From a bacterium (lineage in GTDB: Bacteria > UBA8248), in contig OZ253442.1 of NCBI GenBank assembly GCA_965261085.1, positions 1,504,001-1,568,000 on the forward strand: a DNA stretch of 64,000 nucleotides, written 5' to 3'. The notes beneath the pieces were generated by a model. It saw only the letters and a program-made list of their open reading frames with translations, searched no databases and had not been told where the DNA came from. Positions 48,495-58,635 of the stretch are shown here, piece by piece (positions within the stretch are counted from its first letter, which is position 1; each line of letters starts with the position of its first letter). A program made the translations under genes and the position numbers.

Positions 48495-49724
48495 TTGGAT
48501 TCGCGTGATCCCAGAGTCATAGCTTTCGTCATGGCGGGCGGCGCCGGAAACAGGCTTCGCCCCTTGACGGTCGCGCGCGGCAAGCCGGCCGTGCCGTTCG
48601 GCTCGAAATACCGCATCATCGACTTCGCGTTGAGCAATCTGGTGAACTCGGGCTATCAGTCCATCTACGTGCTGGTGCAATATCTGGCGCAATCGTTGAT
48701 CGAGCATCTGAGGCGCTCTTGGAACATCAGCGGGACGCTGGGCAAGAATTTCGTGACGGCCGTCCCGCCCCAGCAGCGCGCAGGCGAGTTCTGGTTCAAG
48801 GGTACGGCCGATTCCATCCATCAGAACAGAAACCTGGTGACCGACAATGCGCCCGACATCGTTCTGGTGTTCGGGGCGGACCATATCTACCGCATGGACG
48901 TGAGCCAGATGGTTCGCTTTCATCTCGAAAGCGGGGCGGATGCGACCATATCGGCCCTGCCCGCCCCCATCGAAGACGCCCGAGAATTCGGGGTGCTGGC
49001 CGTGGACGAGGCGGGACGGGTGGAGAGTTTCGATGAAAAGCCCGCCCACCCACGGCCCATGCCGGGTGATCCCTCGCGCGCCCTGTGCTCCATGGGAAAT
49101 TATGTGTTTTCCTCCCAGGTGCTGGTGGATGCGCTCATCAGCGACGCGGCGCGCGAAGGGGAGCACGACTTCGGGCGCACCATTATCCCCGCCTTGCTGG
49201 GCGAGCGTAAAATACTCTACGCCTATGATTTCATGAAAAACGAGATCCCGGGGGTGAGGCCCACCGAGGAGAAGGGCTACTGGCGCGACGTGGGCACCAT
49301 CAAGACCTACTGGGAGACGCAGATGGACCTGTTGGGAGAGGCGCCGCTCCTTGATCTGAGCAACCCCGACTGGCCGATACACACCAGCGCATACCCGGGG
49401 CCGGGCAGCCGAATCGTATCCACGCAGGTGGAAAACGCCCTCATCGGTGAGGGATGCCAGATTGTGGGCGCGCGAATCGAGCGCTCCGTCATCGGTCGCG
49501 GCGTGGTCATCGAAAAAGGGGCGGAGATCACCGATTCCATCGTCATGGATCACACCCACATCGGGGCGGGGGCTAAACTGGAAAAAGCGATCCTCGACAG
49601 GTTCAACCAGATCGGGGCGGGCGCTTCGGTGGTGGTTGAAGAGGCCGAATCCTTCCCCGGCGCCGTCGCCGATCCTTCCGGCATCATCGTCTTGCCGCGC
49701 GGGTTCACCCGGCCCGTCATATGA
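48495..49724 (+). CDS. glgC: Glucose-1-phosphate adenylyltransferase
   Basis: MAGG.G.RL.PLT..RGKPAVPFG.KYRIIDF.LSN, GTAD, GADHIY.MD, SMGNY and YWRDVGT. Confidence 0.96.
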   Translation: MDSRDPRVIAFVMAGGAGNRLRPLTVARGKPAVPFGSKYRIIDFALSNLVNSGYQSIYVLVQYLAQSLIEHLRRSWNISGTLGKNFVTAVPPQQRAGEFWFKGTADSIHQNRNLVTDNAPDIVLVFGADHIYRMDVSQMVRFHLESGADATISALPAPIEDAREFGVLAVDEAGRVESFDEKPAHPRPMPGDPSRALCSMGNYVFSSQVLVDALISDAAREGEHDFGRTIIPALLGERKILYAYDFMKNEIPGVRPTEEKGYWRDVGTIKTYWETQMDLLGEAPLLDLSNPDWPIHTSAYPGPGSRIVSTQVENALIGEGCQIVGARIERSVIGRGVVIEKGAEITDSIVMDHTHIGAGAKLEKAILDRFNQIGAGASVVVEEAESFPGAVADPSGIIVLPRGFTRPVI

Positions 49725-51223
49725 ATCCACTGCGTTTGGCGAATATCCGTACCCGCGCCGAAGCCTTTCTCACCGAATTACGAAAAGAGTGGTACGAGGT
49801 CGGCGCCGGTCTCAAGGAAGATGTGCGCCTGAGCGAGATTTTCGCTGAATACGCCGACCTTTTTACGCGCGAGAACATCCATACTCTCCGCTCCCTCGCC
49901 GATTCGGCGGAAGGTGAAGCCGAATCCACGAGGCTCTCCGAGTTGCGCGGTTTTTTGACCTTGGGCCACATACGCGACGCGACCAGGGAGTTGAGCGAGG
50001 GGGCGCTCCTTTTCGAGACGCAAACGATGGTGAAAACGCCCGGGGGAGAGTCCATTCCCTATCGGCAAAGCGCCGTCGCGCTCTTGAACGAGCCGGACCG
50101 CGAGAAGCGGATTTTTCTGGAAAACGCCCGCTCGGAGGCCTTGGCGCAGAAGAACGAATTCTTGCAGCAAATTCATCACACCACCCATGAAATGGCCGAT
50201 GATTTGGGTTTCAAGGGCTACCTGGGGATGATGGCGGCGTTGAAGCGCTATCCGCTGGAGCCGGTTCACAAGGAGTTGGAGCGGTTTTTAGGGCGCACCG
50301 GGGAGCTTTATGCGGAGGCGATGGAAGAAGAACTGAGCCGAGCGGACGTTCCCCCGGCTTCCGCGCAGCGCCACGATGCGCAGTACTGTTTTCGCGGCGC
50401 CGAGTACGACGCTCTTTTCCCGGCGGAGAAAATCGAAACCTCGGCGCGGGAGGTTTGCGCCTCGATGGGCCTCGATCTCTTGGCGGAAGGTCGGGTGCGC
50501 CTCGACATCGAGGATCGTCCGCTCAAGAGTCCCCGCGCGTTTTGCGCCTCCCTGCACGTACCGGAAGAAGTCTACCTCGTCATCAGGCCCCGGGGCGGTT
50601 ATGACGATTACCGCGCGTTCTGGCACGAACTCGGCCATGCGCTTCATTTCGCCAACGTGGCGGCGGACGCGCCTTTCGAGTGGAAGCGCCTGGGGGATAA
50701 CTCCGTGACCGAGGGGTTCGCCATGCTCTTCGATCATCTTCTGTTCGACCCGCTCTGGCTCGAGGACGCCCTGGGCGGGGAGGCTTCGGACTACGAGGCG
50801 TTTTTGGCCCATCATGCGCTTTTCGAGCTATACATGCTGAGGCGCTATGCGGCGAAAATCGACTATGAGCTCACGCTTCATCAAGGTGCGGAACTCGCGG
50901 GCAAAGACGCCGTTTACCGGGAGAAGCTGAGCGCCGCGACGAGGGTGGAATACCCCGAAGTCTCCTATCTCGACGACGTGGACCCGTTTTTCTACTGCGC
51001 GAATTATCTGCGGGCGTGGATGCTCCAGGCCCAGATGGCCGAGGTCCTGAAGACGAAGTTCGGCAAGAGGTGGTGGATGAATGGCGAGAGCGGCGGATTC
51101 CTGATGGACATCTGGCGCGATGGGCAACGCCACGACGGCGATTCCCTCTCCCGCCACCTCGGCTACCGGAGGCTCACAACGGAACCGCTCGAGGCGCAAA
51201 TCAGGAATCTCATGCCGCGCTAG
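49721..51223 (+). CDS. M3/oligoendopeptidase-like zincin metallopeptidase
   Basis: DRP.KSPRAFC, HELGHALH and TEGFA motifs. Confidence 0.8.
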   Translation: MNPLRLANIRTRAEAFLTELRKEWYEVGAGLKEDVRLSEIFAEYADLFTRENIHTLRSLADSAEGEAESTRLSELRGFLTLGHIRDATRELSEGALLFETQTMVKTPGGESIPYRQSAVALLNEPDREKRIFLENARSEALAQKNEFLQQIHHTTHEMADDLGFKGYLGMMAALKRYPLEPVHKELERFLGRTGELYAEAMEEELSRADVPPASAQRHDAQYCFRGAEYDALFPAEKIETSAREVCASMGLDLLAEGRVRLDIEDRPLKSPRAFCASLHVPEEVYLVIRPRGGYDDYRAFWHELGHALHFANVAADAPFEWKRLGDNSVTEGFAMLFDHLLFDPLWLEDALGGEASDYEAFLAHHALFELYMLRRYAAKIDYELTLHQGAELAGKDAVYREKLSAATRVEYPEVSYLDDVDPFFYCANYLRAWMLQAQMAEVLKTKFGKRWWMNGESGGFLMDIWRDGQRHDGDSLSRHLGYRRLTTEPLEAQIRNLMPR

Positions 51224-51248
51224 CCCGCCGATAAGTGAAGGAACACGC

Positions 51249-51290
51249 AGCGGCGAGCCTCCCGGTTCGCCTCGGGCGGCTCGCCGCCGC
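51249..51290. terminator. GC-rich hairpin between convergent genes
   Basis: GCGGCGAGCC...GGCTCGCCGC inverted repeat, without a clear U-tract. Confidence 0.4.
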
Positions 51291-51314
51291 GTCAGCTTCT
51301 AATCCGTCTGAACC

Positions 51315-52379
51315 TTAAAGCTCGATGGGCTTGCGCTCCTTACACGAGCGGTCCGCCGCCATGGTGAGGGCGAGTACGTCTCTCGCATGCGCGCCCGTGG
51401 CGAGCCCCACCCCGCCGATTCCCAGGATGTGGCGCACGAAGGCGTCGGTCTCCTCCTTCATGGGGCCGAAGAACTCGCCCATCACGAAATCTCCCGGCAT
51501 GGCGGAGCCCAGGAAGGCGACGTTCACCTGATGCTCGGGCGTGTAGGGGCAGGGAATCGCTTCTTCGGCCGCTAAAATTACGTCCCTGTGCGCGTCGTCC
51601 ACGTTCAGCGAACCTTTCGTGCCTTGCAAGTCGATTTCCATCGTCGCCGTATAGGCGGGCCAGTGGTGGGGCTGGAGCCAGCTCGTGCCCAGCGTGGCCA
51701 CGCTCCCGTCGTCGAAGGTGACGATCATCCACTGGAAATCGTCGCGGTTGTATTTCTTGAACACGAAGCTCGCCGAGCGGGCGTAGACCTCGACGGGTTT
51801 TTTCCCCTCCATGTACCAGAGGATGAGGTCGACCATGTAGGTGAGGGTATTGATGGAGGGCGTGGTGTTGGGCGAGCGCTTCGCCACGGCCTCGCCCACG
51901 GCGCGCGTCACGTAGATCTTGCCGAGCGCCATCACGATGTCGCCGAGCTGGCCGGCGAAGGCCGCCTGTTTCGCGAGCAGAAAGCGCCTTCTGTAGCGCT
52001 GGGTGTAGCCCACGAATATCTCGGCGCCCGACGCGTCGGCTTTCGCCAGAATGTCGTCCGCCTCGTCCAGATTGAGGACGAAGGGTTTTTCGATGAGCAC
52101 GGGCTTTCCGAGTTCGGCCGCCAGAGCCGCCGGGCCGTGGTGAAACTCCTCATCCGATGAGACGATGACGGCGCCCACGCGCTCGTCCCTTATCGCCACT
52201 TCATATTTTTCCGTCGCCACGTCGGCCCGCACCGACTCCGCCAGGCGGTCGAGCTTCTCGGGCACGATGTCGCATATGGCGAGATAATCCACCTGGGGGA
52301 TTTGCGCGCAAGAATGCGCTCTGAGCGTTCCGATGCCACCGGCGCCGATGACGGCTACTCCTGTCGTTTTCACAATCAT
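51315..52379 (-). CDS. Gfo/Idh/MocA family oxidoreductase
   Basis: VAVIGAGGIG, VLIEKP, VGYTQRY and .DL..W. Confidence 0.9.
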   Translation of the reverse strand: MIVKTTGVAVIGAGGIGTLRAHSCAQIPQVDYLAICDIVPEKLDRLAESVRADVATEKYEVAIRDERVGAVIVSSDEEFHHGPAALAAELGKPVLIEKPFVLNLDEADDILAKADASGAEIFVGYTQRYRRRFLLAKQAAFAGQLGDIVMALGKIYVTRAVGEAVAKRSPNTTPSINTLTYMVDLILWYMEGKKPVEVYARSASFVFKKYNRDDFQWMIVTFDDGSVATLGTSWLQPHHWPAYTATMEIDLQGTKGSLNVDDAHRDVILAAEEAIPCPYTPEHQVNVAFLGSAMPGDFVMGEFFGPMKEETDAFVRHILGIGGVGLATGAHARDVLALTMAADRSCKERKPIEL

Positions 52380-52465
52380 CTCCTCACAGAATTTGCATCC
52401 GCTTCGTTTCAGGGGAATAATCCCCTTGTCTCGTATATATTCCCATCATACATCGGGAGAATTCC

Positions 52466-53443
52466 ATGCGCATCGACGTTCAGACCCATCACGTGCCACA
52501 AGCCTATGTCAAAGCGCTCGCCACGCGCTCCGACTTTCCGCACTACGAGAAGGCGGAGGATTTCTGGTGGGGGTGGGCGAGCCCGGATGAAAAACTTCCG
52601 ATGCGGCCACCCGCCCTGGACATCGCCATCAAGCTCGCCGAAATGGATGAGCAGGAAATCGATATTGCCCTAATCAGCATCAACATTCCAGGCGCGGACC
52701 TCGCAAAAAACCCAAAAGACGCGGATGAACTCGCGAGAATCGGCAACGACGGCCTGGCCGAGGCCGCGGCGCTTCATCCGGGGCGATTCCGGGGGGTGGC
52801 CTCGCTCGGCTTTGGCGATATCGACGCGACTTGCCGCGAGTTGGAGCGCTGCGTGGATGAGCTTGATTTCGTGGGACTGCAGGTGTTCGCCTACGTGGGC
52901 GGCAAGCGCTACATCGACGACGCAGCCCATGAACCCCTCTGGGCGCTTCTGGCCGAGCGCGGGGTTCCGCTCGTACTGCACCCGGGGCCTTCTCCATCGG
53001 GGCCGCAGTATAAGGACCACTGGCTGGGGCCGATGATAGGCTTCATGTTCGATGAGTGTCTGGCGGCGCTGAGACTCATTCTGGGCGGCGTACTGGAGCG
53101 TCACCCTGCTCTCAAGGTGCTCTTGCCGCACGGAGGCGCATCGCTTCCATTCTTCATCGGGCGGGTGGACAACCTGAGTTCGCGCTACCGAGACGATCAG
53201 GACTTGATCACCCGCGAACCGAGCGAATACTTCGCGCGTTTTAGCACGGATACGGTGGTTCACTCCCAAACGGCGCTCGAGTTCTCCTTGAAGGAGATGG
53301 GCGCATCGCGCATGATGTTCGCGAGCGACGCCCCCTGGGTGCCCGTGAAGCGCCATGTCGACATGGTGAACGCGCTGGATATCTCACCGGAAGATGCGGA
53401 AAAAATCTGGAGCGGCACGGCGAAAGAGTTTTTCGGGTTGTAG
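52466..53443 (+). CDS. Amidohydrolase_2 family (ACMSD/decarboxylase-like)
   Basis: IDVQTH, GNDGLAE, VLHP, LERHP.LK.LL.HGG..LPF and FASDAPW. Confidence 0.88.
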   Translation: MRIDVQTHHVPQAYVKALATRSDFPHYEKAEDFWWGWASPDEKLPMRPPALDIAIKLAEMDEQEIDIALISINIPGADLAKNPKDADELARIGNDGLAEAAALHPGRFRGVASLGFGDIDATCRELERCVDELDFVGLQVFAYVGGKRYIDDAAHEPLWALLAERGVPLVLHPGPSPSGPQYKDHWLGPMIGFMFDECLAALRLILGGVLERHPALKVLLPHGGASLPFFIGRVDNLSSRYRDDQDLITREPSEYFARFSTDTVVHSQTALEFSLKEMGASRMMFASDAPWVPVKRHVDMVNALDISPEDAEKIWSGTAKEFFGL

Positions 53444-53453
53444 AGCGCCTGGT

Positions 53454-53909
53454 TTATGCATCGCTTCTGAGAAGCATGCGCTTCACGTCGTATTCGAGCA
53501 CCACCTCGCCCTTTTGATTGAGCACCCTTTGATGCGTGGAGACGACGCCGCGATCGGGCCTGCTTTTAGAAGGACGCACGTCGGTCGTCGCCACTTCCAC
53601 CGTGAGCGTATCGCCCACGTAGACCGGCGCGCGCGCCACGAGGCCATCGACGCCCAAAAGGGCGATCGCATAATCGTGCAGGACGCCCGTCTGGACGATG
53701 AGCGTATCCGCTATCCCGCAGGTGAATAGGGCCGGCGCCATGCGCTTCTCATGGCCTTTTTCCCGTAAAAACTCCATGTCGAGAAACAGGCTTTCCGTAT
53801 AGCCCACCAGATTGACGTAGGTCACCACGTCGGTCTCGGTGATGGTTCTGCCCCGGGTGGTGAATTTGCTCCCGACCTCCCATTTTTCAAACGCAACGCC
53901 TTCGCCCAT
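53454..53909 (-). CDS. MaoC/PaaZ-type hot-dog dehydratase
   Basis: GRTITETDV, PVYVGDTL.VEV, SKSRPDRGVV and NQKGEVV. ATG at 53909 follows AGGAGG. Confidence 0.85.
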   Translation of the reverse strand: MGEGVAFEKWEVGSKFTTRGRTITETDVVTYVNLVGYTESLFLDMEFLREKGHEKRMAPALFTCGIADTLIVQTGVLHDYAIALLGVDGLVARAPVYVGDTLTVEVATTDVRPSKSRPDRGVVSTHQRVLNQKGEVVLEYDVKRMLLRSDA

Positions 53910-54150
53910 GTAACCTGAAACCTCCTGAATAGTCGTGTGGTTCCGCGGAAGAGCGATTCTACAGGTGAGCGGCGAAATCTTCAAAGTTCGCGCGGGTTCT
54001 GCTTGTCGGGACGGGAAACGAGAGGCGTCAAGCCTTTGATTCGGTGAGCCGGCCCCATCTATACTGACCCGTATGTATTGATCGAGTATGTGTCCGTGTA
54101 CGACTTGCCCGATAAAATCGTCTAAGAATAACCGGATCGAATACATCGTC

Positions 54151-54993
54151 ATGACGCGCATCGTGTGCTGCAACATCGCAAAGAGAAACCCGCCTTGGAA
54201 AGAACTGCTGGAGATGGAGGTGGACGTCGCCTTGCTACAGGAGGCGGGTAGGCCGCCGTCCAATCTGGCCCGCCCGGTCGAGTTGGGACCTCAATTTCCC
54301 TGGGAGCCGTGGGACGAGAGTCTCTATGACCGAGGGGCGATGGTCGTCAAACTCTCCGAGCGGGTCGAGATAGAGTGGTTCAAGCGCGTTTTTCCGATCA
54401 GCGTGGCGAAGCGCGATGAAATCCCGGTCAGCGGTATCGGCACCATCGCGGCCGCAAGGGTGATTCCGGGAGAGGGGGAGCCGTTTATTGTGGTGTCGAT
54501 GTATGCGCGCTGGATCAAGCCTCATGTCACGACCGGGACGAAATGGAGGGTAGGCTACCCGGATGGGTCGGCCCACCGAATCATCTCGGATATGTCCGCG
54601 TTCATCGGCGACATTGACCCCTCGACGCACCGCATTCTGGCGGCCGGCGATCTCAACACGATATACGGCGCGACGGACGACAATCGGCTGGCGCTTCCGG
54701 CGCGGGATCGTACGATCTTCGATCGAATGAACGCGCTGGGCCTGGAATTCATAGGGCCGCAATACCCGAACGGCAGGCGGGCGGAGCCCACGCCGAAAGG
54801 GTTGCCGAAAGACACGAAGAATGTTCCGACCTACTACACGACGAGGCAATCTCCCGCGACCGCCCAGAATCAACTCGATTACGTCTTCGCCTCGCGGGGA
54901 TTCCACGAGAGTGTGGCCGTCCGCGCCCTGAACGGCGTCGATGAGTGGGGTTCGAGCGACCACTGCCGAATATGGATAGAAGTCGGCCCGTAG
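54151..54993 (+). CDS. Endonuclease/exonuclease/phosphatase (EEP) family protein
   Basis: IVCCNI, DVALLQEA, AGDLN, PT, QLDYVFAS and SDH. Confidence 0.85.
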   Translation: MTRIVCCNIAKRNPPWKELLEMEVDVALLQEAGRPPSNLARPVELGPQFPWEPWDESLYDRGAMVVKLSERVEIEWFKRVFPISVAKRDEIPVSGIGTIAAARVIPGEGEPFIVVSMYARWIKPHVTTGTKWRVGYPDGSAHRIISDMSAFIGDIDPSTHRILAAGDLNTIYGATDDNRLALPARDRTIFDRMNALGLEFIGPQYPNGRRAEPTPKGLPKDTKNVPTYYTTRQSPATAQNQLDYVFASRGFHESVAVRALNGVDEWGSSDHCRIWIEVGP

Positions 54994-55163
54994 TGGGCCT
55001 TTGGATGGCGTGAGAGACGCTTCGGACATGGAATGATACAAATGTAAAGATATCAATGCTTTATCTAAGAGTGGAACCCGGCGGCGTCTATGAGTATAAT
55101 ATGGGAGTCGCCGGTTCACATCTTTTCTCGTCAAATGAGGAAAGTTCCAGGGAGGGCGGACGA

Positions 55164-55916
55164 ATGAGGCGTTATGGAATTATCATCGCTTTAAGCGTTT
55201 TGGCGGTCGTTTTTCTGATCAACACTGCGGCGGCGGGTGACCGTCGCGGTCGGCGCCACGGAATTAAACGGCATCATAAATATAAATCGCAGCGACAACA
55301 CAGAGTGCAACGGCATCGCAAATGGCAACGCAATCACCGTCGTCCCCGCACTATCATTCGCCACAACTACTGGTACGGCCTGCGCTTCGTCGCTCCAGTC
55401 TTGTACGGCTATCCGGTCTGGAATGGCCCGCGCGTCATTTATCGGCCCTACCCGCGTGAGCGTTACGTGTACCGCTCCCCTGATTATGGCTGCGCATCCT
55501 ATGTCTCGGATAACGACAACGAGGTTCTCGGCTCGATGATCGGCGCTATCAGCGGCGGCGTCATCGGACACCAGGTCGGCAGGGGAAGTGGGCAGGCGCT
55601 GGCCACCTTCGCGGGCGTGCTTCTCGGAAGCGTCGTGGGTGGGCAGATCGGACGAGACCTCGATGACGCCGAGCGGCTCAAGCTCGCAAGCGCCACGCAG
55701 TACGCGCTCGAGAACCAGCGCTCCGGCACGCGAACCGTCTGGGACAACCCGGACAGGCGGGTTTGCGTCGTCGTCGTTCCCAAGCCTGCCTTCAAGAACG
55801 AACTTAACCAGTATTGCCGGGAGTTCCAGCAGTCGATCGCCATCGACGGCAAAAAGCAAAGCGCCTACGGCACCGCTTGCAGGCAGCCCGACGGGCAATG
55901 GAAGATCGCCAACTAG
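55164..55916 (+). CDS. RT0821/Lpp0805 (17-kDa antigen-like) glycine-zipper surface protein
   Basis: Signal peptide, Arg/His-rich linker, GA.SGG.IG..VG.GSG...G..LG..VG..IG..LD, W.NPD, CREFQQ and GTACRQPDGQW. Confidence 0.88.
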   Translation: MRRYGIIIALSVLAVVFLINTAAAGDRRGRRHGIKRHHKYKSQRQHRVQRHRKWQRNHRRPRTIIRHNYWYGLRFVAPVLYGYPVWNGPRVIYRPYPRERYVYRSPDYGCASYVSDNDNEVLGSMIGAISGGVIGHQVGRGSGQALATFAGVLLGSVVGGQIGRDLDDAERLKLASATQYALENQRSGTRTVWDNPDRRVCVVVVPKPAFKNELNQYCREFQQSIAIDGKKQSAYGTACRQPDGQWKIAN

Positions 55917-55934
55917 CCCGCTGACGCTTATAGC

Positions 55935-56975
55935 CTAATCCATCACGACGACCGCGCGGCCCGTGACGGCAGCCACTTCCAGCCGCTCGTGGACCTTTTC
56001 CACCTCATCGACGTTGAACGAGTAGGTTTCCGTCACCACGGGCCAGACGTCGCCCCGCGCCACGAGGTCGAGCGATTCCTTGAGCTCCTGTTTCGACGCG
56101 TACCGGCTGCCCATGAGTTCCAGTTCTTTTTGCACCATCTCTCGCGATGCGGTCTGAAACGTCTGCCCCGTGCCGCCCAGCGTCACCAGGCGTCCGCCGA
56201 TTCCCAGGGCTTGAACGCCCGCTTCCATCGTGGCGGCTGAGGAGACGAAATCGATCACCACGTCCACGCCCTTGCCGCCCGTCAAGTCCAAAAGCGCGCC
56301 TGCGACGTCTTCCTGGGATGCGTCGACGGCCTCATCCGCTCCCACGTCGCGGCATTTGCCGAGTTTGTTCGCCGCGATGTCCACGGCGATGACTCTGGCG
56401 TGCGCCCACTTGGCCATCATGACCATGTGGATTCCCACGCCGCCGCCCGCGCCCACGACGGCCACGGTCTCGAGAGGCGCGATGCGCGCGCGCTTCGTCA
56501 CCTTGTAAGGTGTGGCTATCGCGTCGCAGATGACGGAGACTTCCGCGGCGTTGTTTTCATAGTCGAGCCTGGCGGGGAGTTTGATGAAATTCCTCGCGGG
56601 CAGCTTGATGTATTCGGCATAGGCGCCCTGCACCTGGCGGCCGATGTAGCCCGTGAAATTCTCGCACAGCGTCTCGCGGTTGATGAGGCACCACTTGCAC
56701 CTTCCGCAGGTGACGTAGAAATGGGCGGTCACCGCGTCGCCCTCCTGTAGGCCCTCCACGCCCTCTCCGACGGCGGAGATGACGGCGGTGATCTCATGAC
56801 CGATGATGAGGGGATAATCCACCCCGGGCACCCGGCCCATGCGGGCGTGGTGGATGGTCAGCCCGGCGCCGCAGGCCAGTATCTTCGCAACCGCTTCCCC
56901 CGGCCCCGGCACGGGGTCTGGATATTCTTCCTCGACAAAGGGTTTTCCCGGCTCTCTCAGCACCATCGCCTTCAA
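55935..56975 (-). CDS. Zn-binding alcohol dehydrogenase-family oxidoreductase
   Basis: MKAMVL, IIGHE, CGRCKWC...C, DAIATP and GAGGGVG. Confidence 0.88.
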   Translation of the reverse strand: MKAMVLREPGKPFVEEEYPDPVPGPGEAVAKILACGAGLTIHHARMGRVPGVDYPLIIGHEITAVISAVGEGVEGLQEGDAVTAHFYVTCGRCKWCLINRETLCENFTGYIGRQVQGAYAEYIKLPARNFIKLPARLDYENNAAEVSVICDAIATPYKVTKRARIAPLETVAVVGAGGGVGIHMVMMAKWAHARVIAVDIAANKLGKCRDVGADEAVDASQEDVAGALLDLTGGKGVDVVIDFVSSAATMEAGVQALGIGGRLVTLGGTGQTFQTASREMVQKELELMGSRYASKQELKESLDLVARGDVWPVVTETYSFNVDEVEKVHERLEVAAVTGRAVVVMD

Positions 56976-57104
56976 GGGGCGTCCTCCTCGTAAAAATGGA
57001 ATGGAATTTCGAAGGCTCGATTACAGCACATAGGCGCGCGCCTAGGCAATGAGGAACGGATGGCGTACCCTCCTCGGTGACGTCAAACTACGAAAAGCGA
57101 AAGC

Positions 57105-57491
57105 ATGGTGAATGAGCCCGTTGGAAGTGAAGAAAGAACGTTCAGCGCGAATCGCGCTGCCAAGACTACGCTGCTGGTCGCCTCCTTGATGCTCGCCTTC
57201 ACCGCGTCGGCGCTCTATACGAACCAGCCGGGCAGGGTGGGCTACGGCTGGGCGACGCTGGCGGGAGGGGTGGCCCTGGGCGTCTTCGGGCTGGCGACCT
57301 GGCGCGGGTTCACGTGGTGTTGCTACCTATCGGCCCTGGTTCTGGGCGTATTCGATTTTATCTGGATGATGCGGGTACTCGAGGGCTTCGAGGTCGGCCT
57401 CGCCATCTGGATAGCGATATGCTTTTTCTCCATCAAGGAGATTTGGCCGGGCATCGACGAGAAATTTCCCTGGCTCAAGCGCAATCCCTAA
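57105..57491 (+). CDS. Hypothetical membrane protein (about 4 TM)
   Basis: Four hydrophobic stretches; fills the gap between two minus-strand genes. Confidence 0.6.
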   Translation: MVNEPVGSEERTFSANRAAKTTLLVASLMLAFTASALYTNQPGRVGYGWATLAGGVALGVFGLATWRGFTWCCYLSALVLGVFDFIWMMRVLEGFEVGLAIWIAICFFSIKEIWPGIDEKFPWLKRNP

Positions 57492-57516
57492 AGAGGGGCC
57501 GCGCTTCTATCCCCTA

Positions 57517-58623
57517 TTACAATTTGTCCATCACGTAGCGGACGCTCTCGAAATGGCGGGGCGCACCGCCCGGCGCGAAATCAGGCGCGTTCAAGGCCCA
57601 TAGCGGCACCTCGCTCTCGTGCAGCGAGCCGTGGCTTCTGAGGCGAACCTCGCGCTCTGCTTCATCCATCACGCCGAACACGGTCTCCTCATCCGCCAGC
57701 ACCATGATGTCGCCCACCCGCTCGGCCATTAGCTGAAAGCGCGCGGCCGCTTCCTGGCGCGTCAGCGCATCCTCGATTCCCGGGCAGGCTTTGAGGATGG
57801 AAACGGCATCAGGGAGCGCATCCTCGCTTTCCATGTGGACGTAGGCCGCGCCGCCCTGGTTCCCGTGGTGGACGACGTATCTATCCTTGATGATGGGCAC
57901 GGCTTCCGCGCCGACGCCCTGGTTTCTCAAGATGACGCCCGGGTCCAGCGCCCTTGTTTTATCGCGCATCCCGTGGTCTGCGGTGATGAATATCGCCCCG
58001 TCTTTATGCGTGCTCATCCAGCTATCGACCAGCTTTCCGATTTCCGCGTCGAGCGCGGCGTGGTGTTCCTGCGCCTCGGCATGCTCGGGAGCGAATTTGT
58101 GCTGCAGGTAGTCCGTGGTGGTGACGTAGAGCAGGTCCGGCTTTTGATCTTCGAGCACCGCGCGCGCCGCCCGCAGAAGCCAGAGGTTGACGGCCCCGCT
58201 GTATATCTCCTCTTTGGGACCCGCTTTTTGGGTGAGCCACCCGGGCGGGTCTTCGGCGGTGACGACCGCTCCCGCCCCTTTGCCGATCATGTCGCAGAGT
58301 TTTTGTTTGGACGCCAAAACGGCGGTCTTCCGCCCCGAAGCGCGGCCCATCTCCATGAGCGTGGGCGAGAGGACGAAATCTCCCGATTCCATGTAGACCT
58401 CTTCGCCCGTTTCCGGGTTCAGGAAGTAATTGGCCGTAATTCCGTGTGAGGCGGGGGGCGCGCCGCAGATCATCGAGACGTTGTTCACGTTGGTGACGGA
58501 GGGCATCTGGCACGAAACGATGAAGCGCGCGCCCTGGCTCTCGATTCTATCGAGATTCGGCGTGGGGGAGGCCTCGAAATAGGCGGGGTCGCCGCCGTCG
58601 ATCAGGATGATGAGGGCTTGCAT
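57517..58623 (-). CDS. phnA: Phosphonoacetate hydrolase-like (alkaline phosphatase superfamily)
   Basis: IDG, MPSVTNVNN.S..CG.PP..HGI.ANY, TTDYLQHK..P, TADHGM, DRYVVHH and LRSHGSLHE. Confidence 0.82.
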   Translation of the reverse strand: MQALIILIDGGDPAYFEASPTPNLDRIESQGARFIVSCQMPSVTNVNNVSMICGAPPASHGITANYFLNPETGEEVYMESGDFVLSPTLMEMGRASGRKTAVLASKQKLCDMIGKGAGAVVTAEDPPGWLTQKAGPKEEIYSGAVNLWLLRAARAVLEDQKPDLLYVTTTDYLQHKFAPEHAEAQEHHAALDAEIGKLVDSWMSTHKDGAIFITADHGMRDKTRALDPGVILRNQGVGAEAVPIIKDRYVVHHGNQGGAAYVHMESEDALPDAVSILKACPGIEDALTRQEAAARFQLMAERVGDIMVLADEETVFGVMDEAEREVRLRSHGSLHESEVPLWALNAPDFAPGGAPRHFESVRYVMDKL

Positions 58624-58635
58624 GCGGAGACGCGA

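Noticed and set aside
54151-54993. EEP nuclease as part of a retroelement or defence system
   Set aside because: No reverse transcriptase, repeats or other defence genes are adjacent. Treated as a stand-alone EEP.
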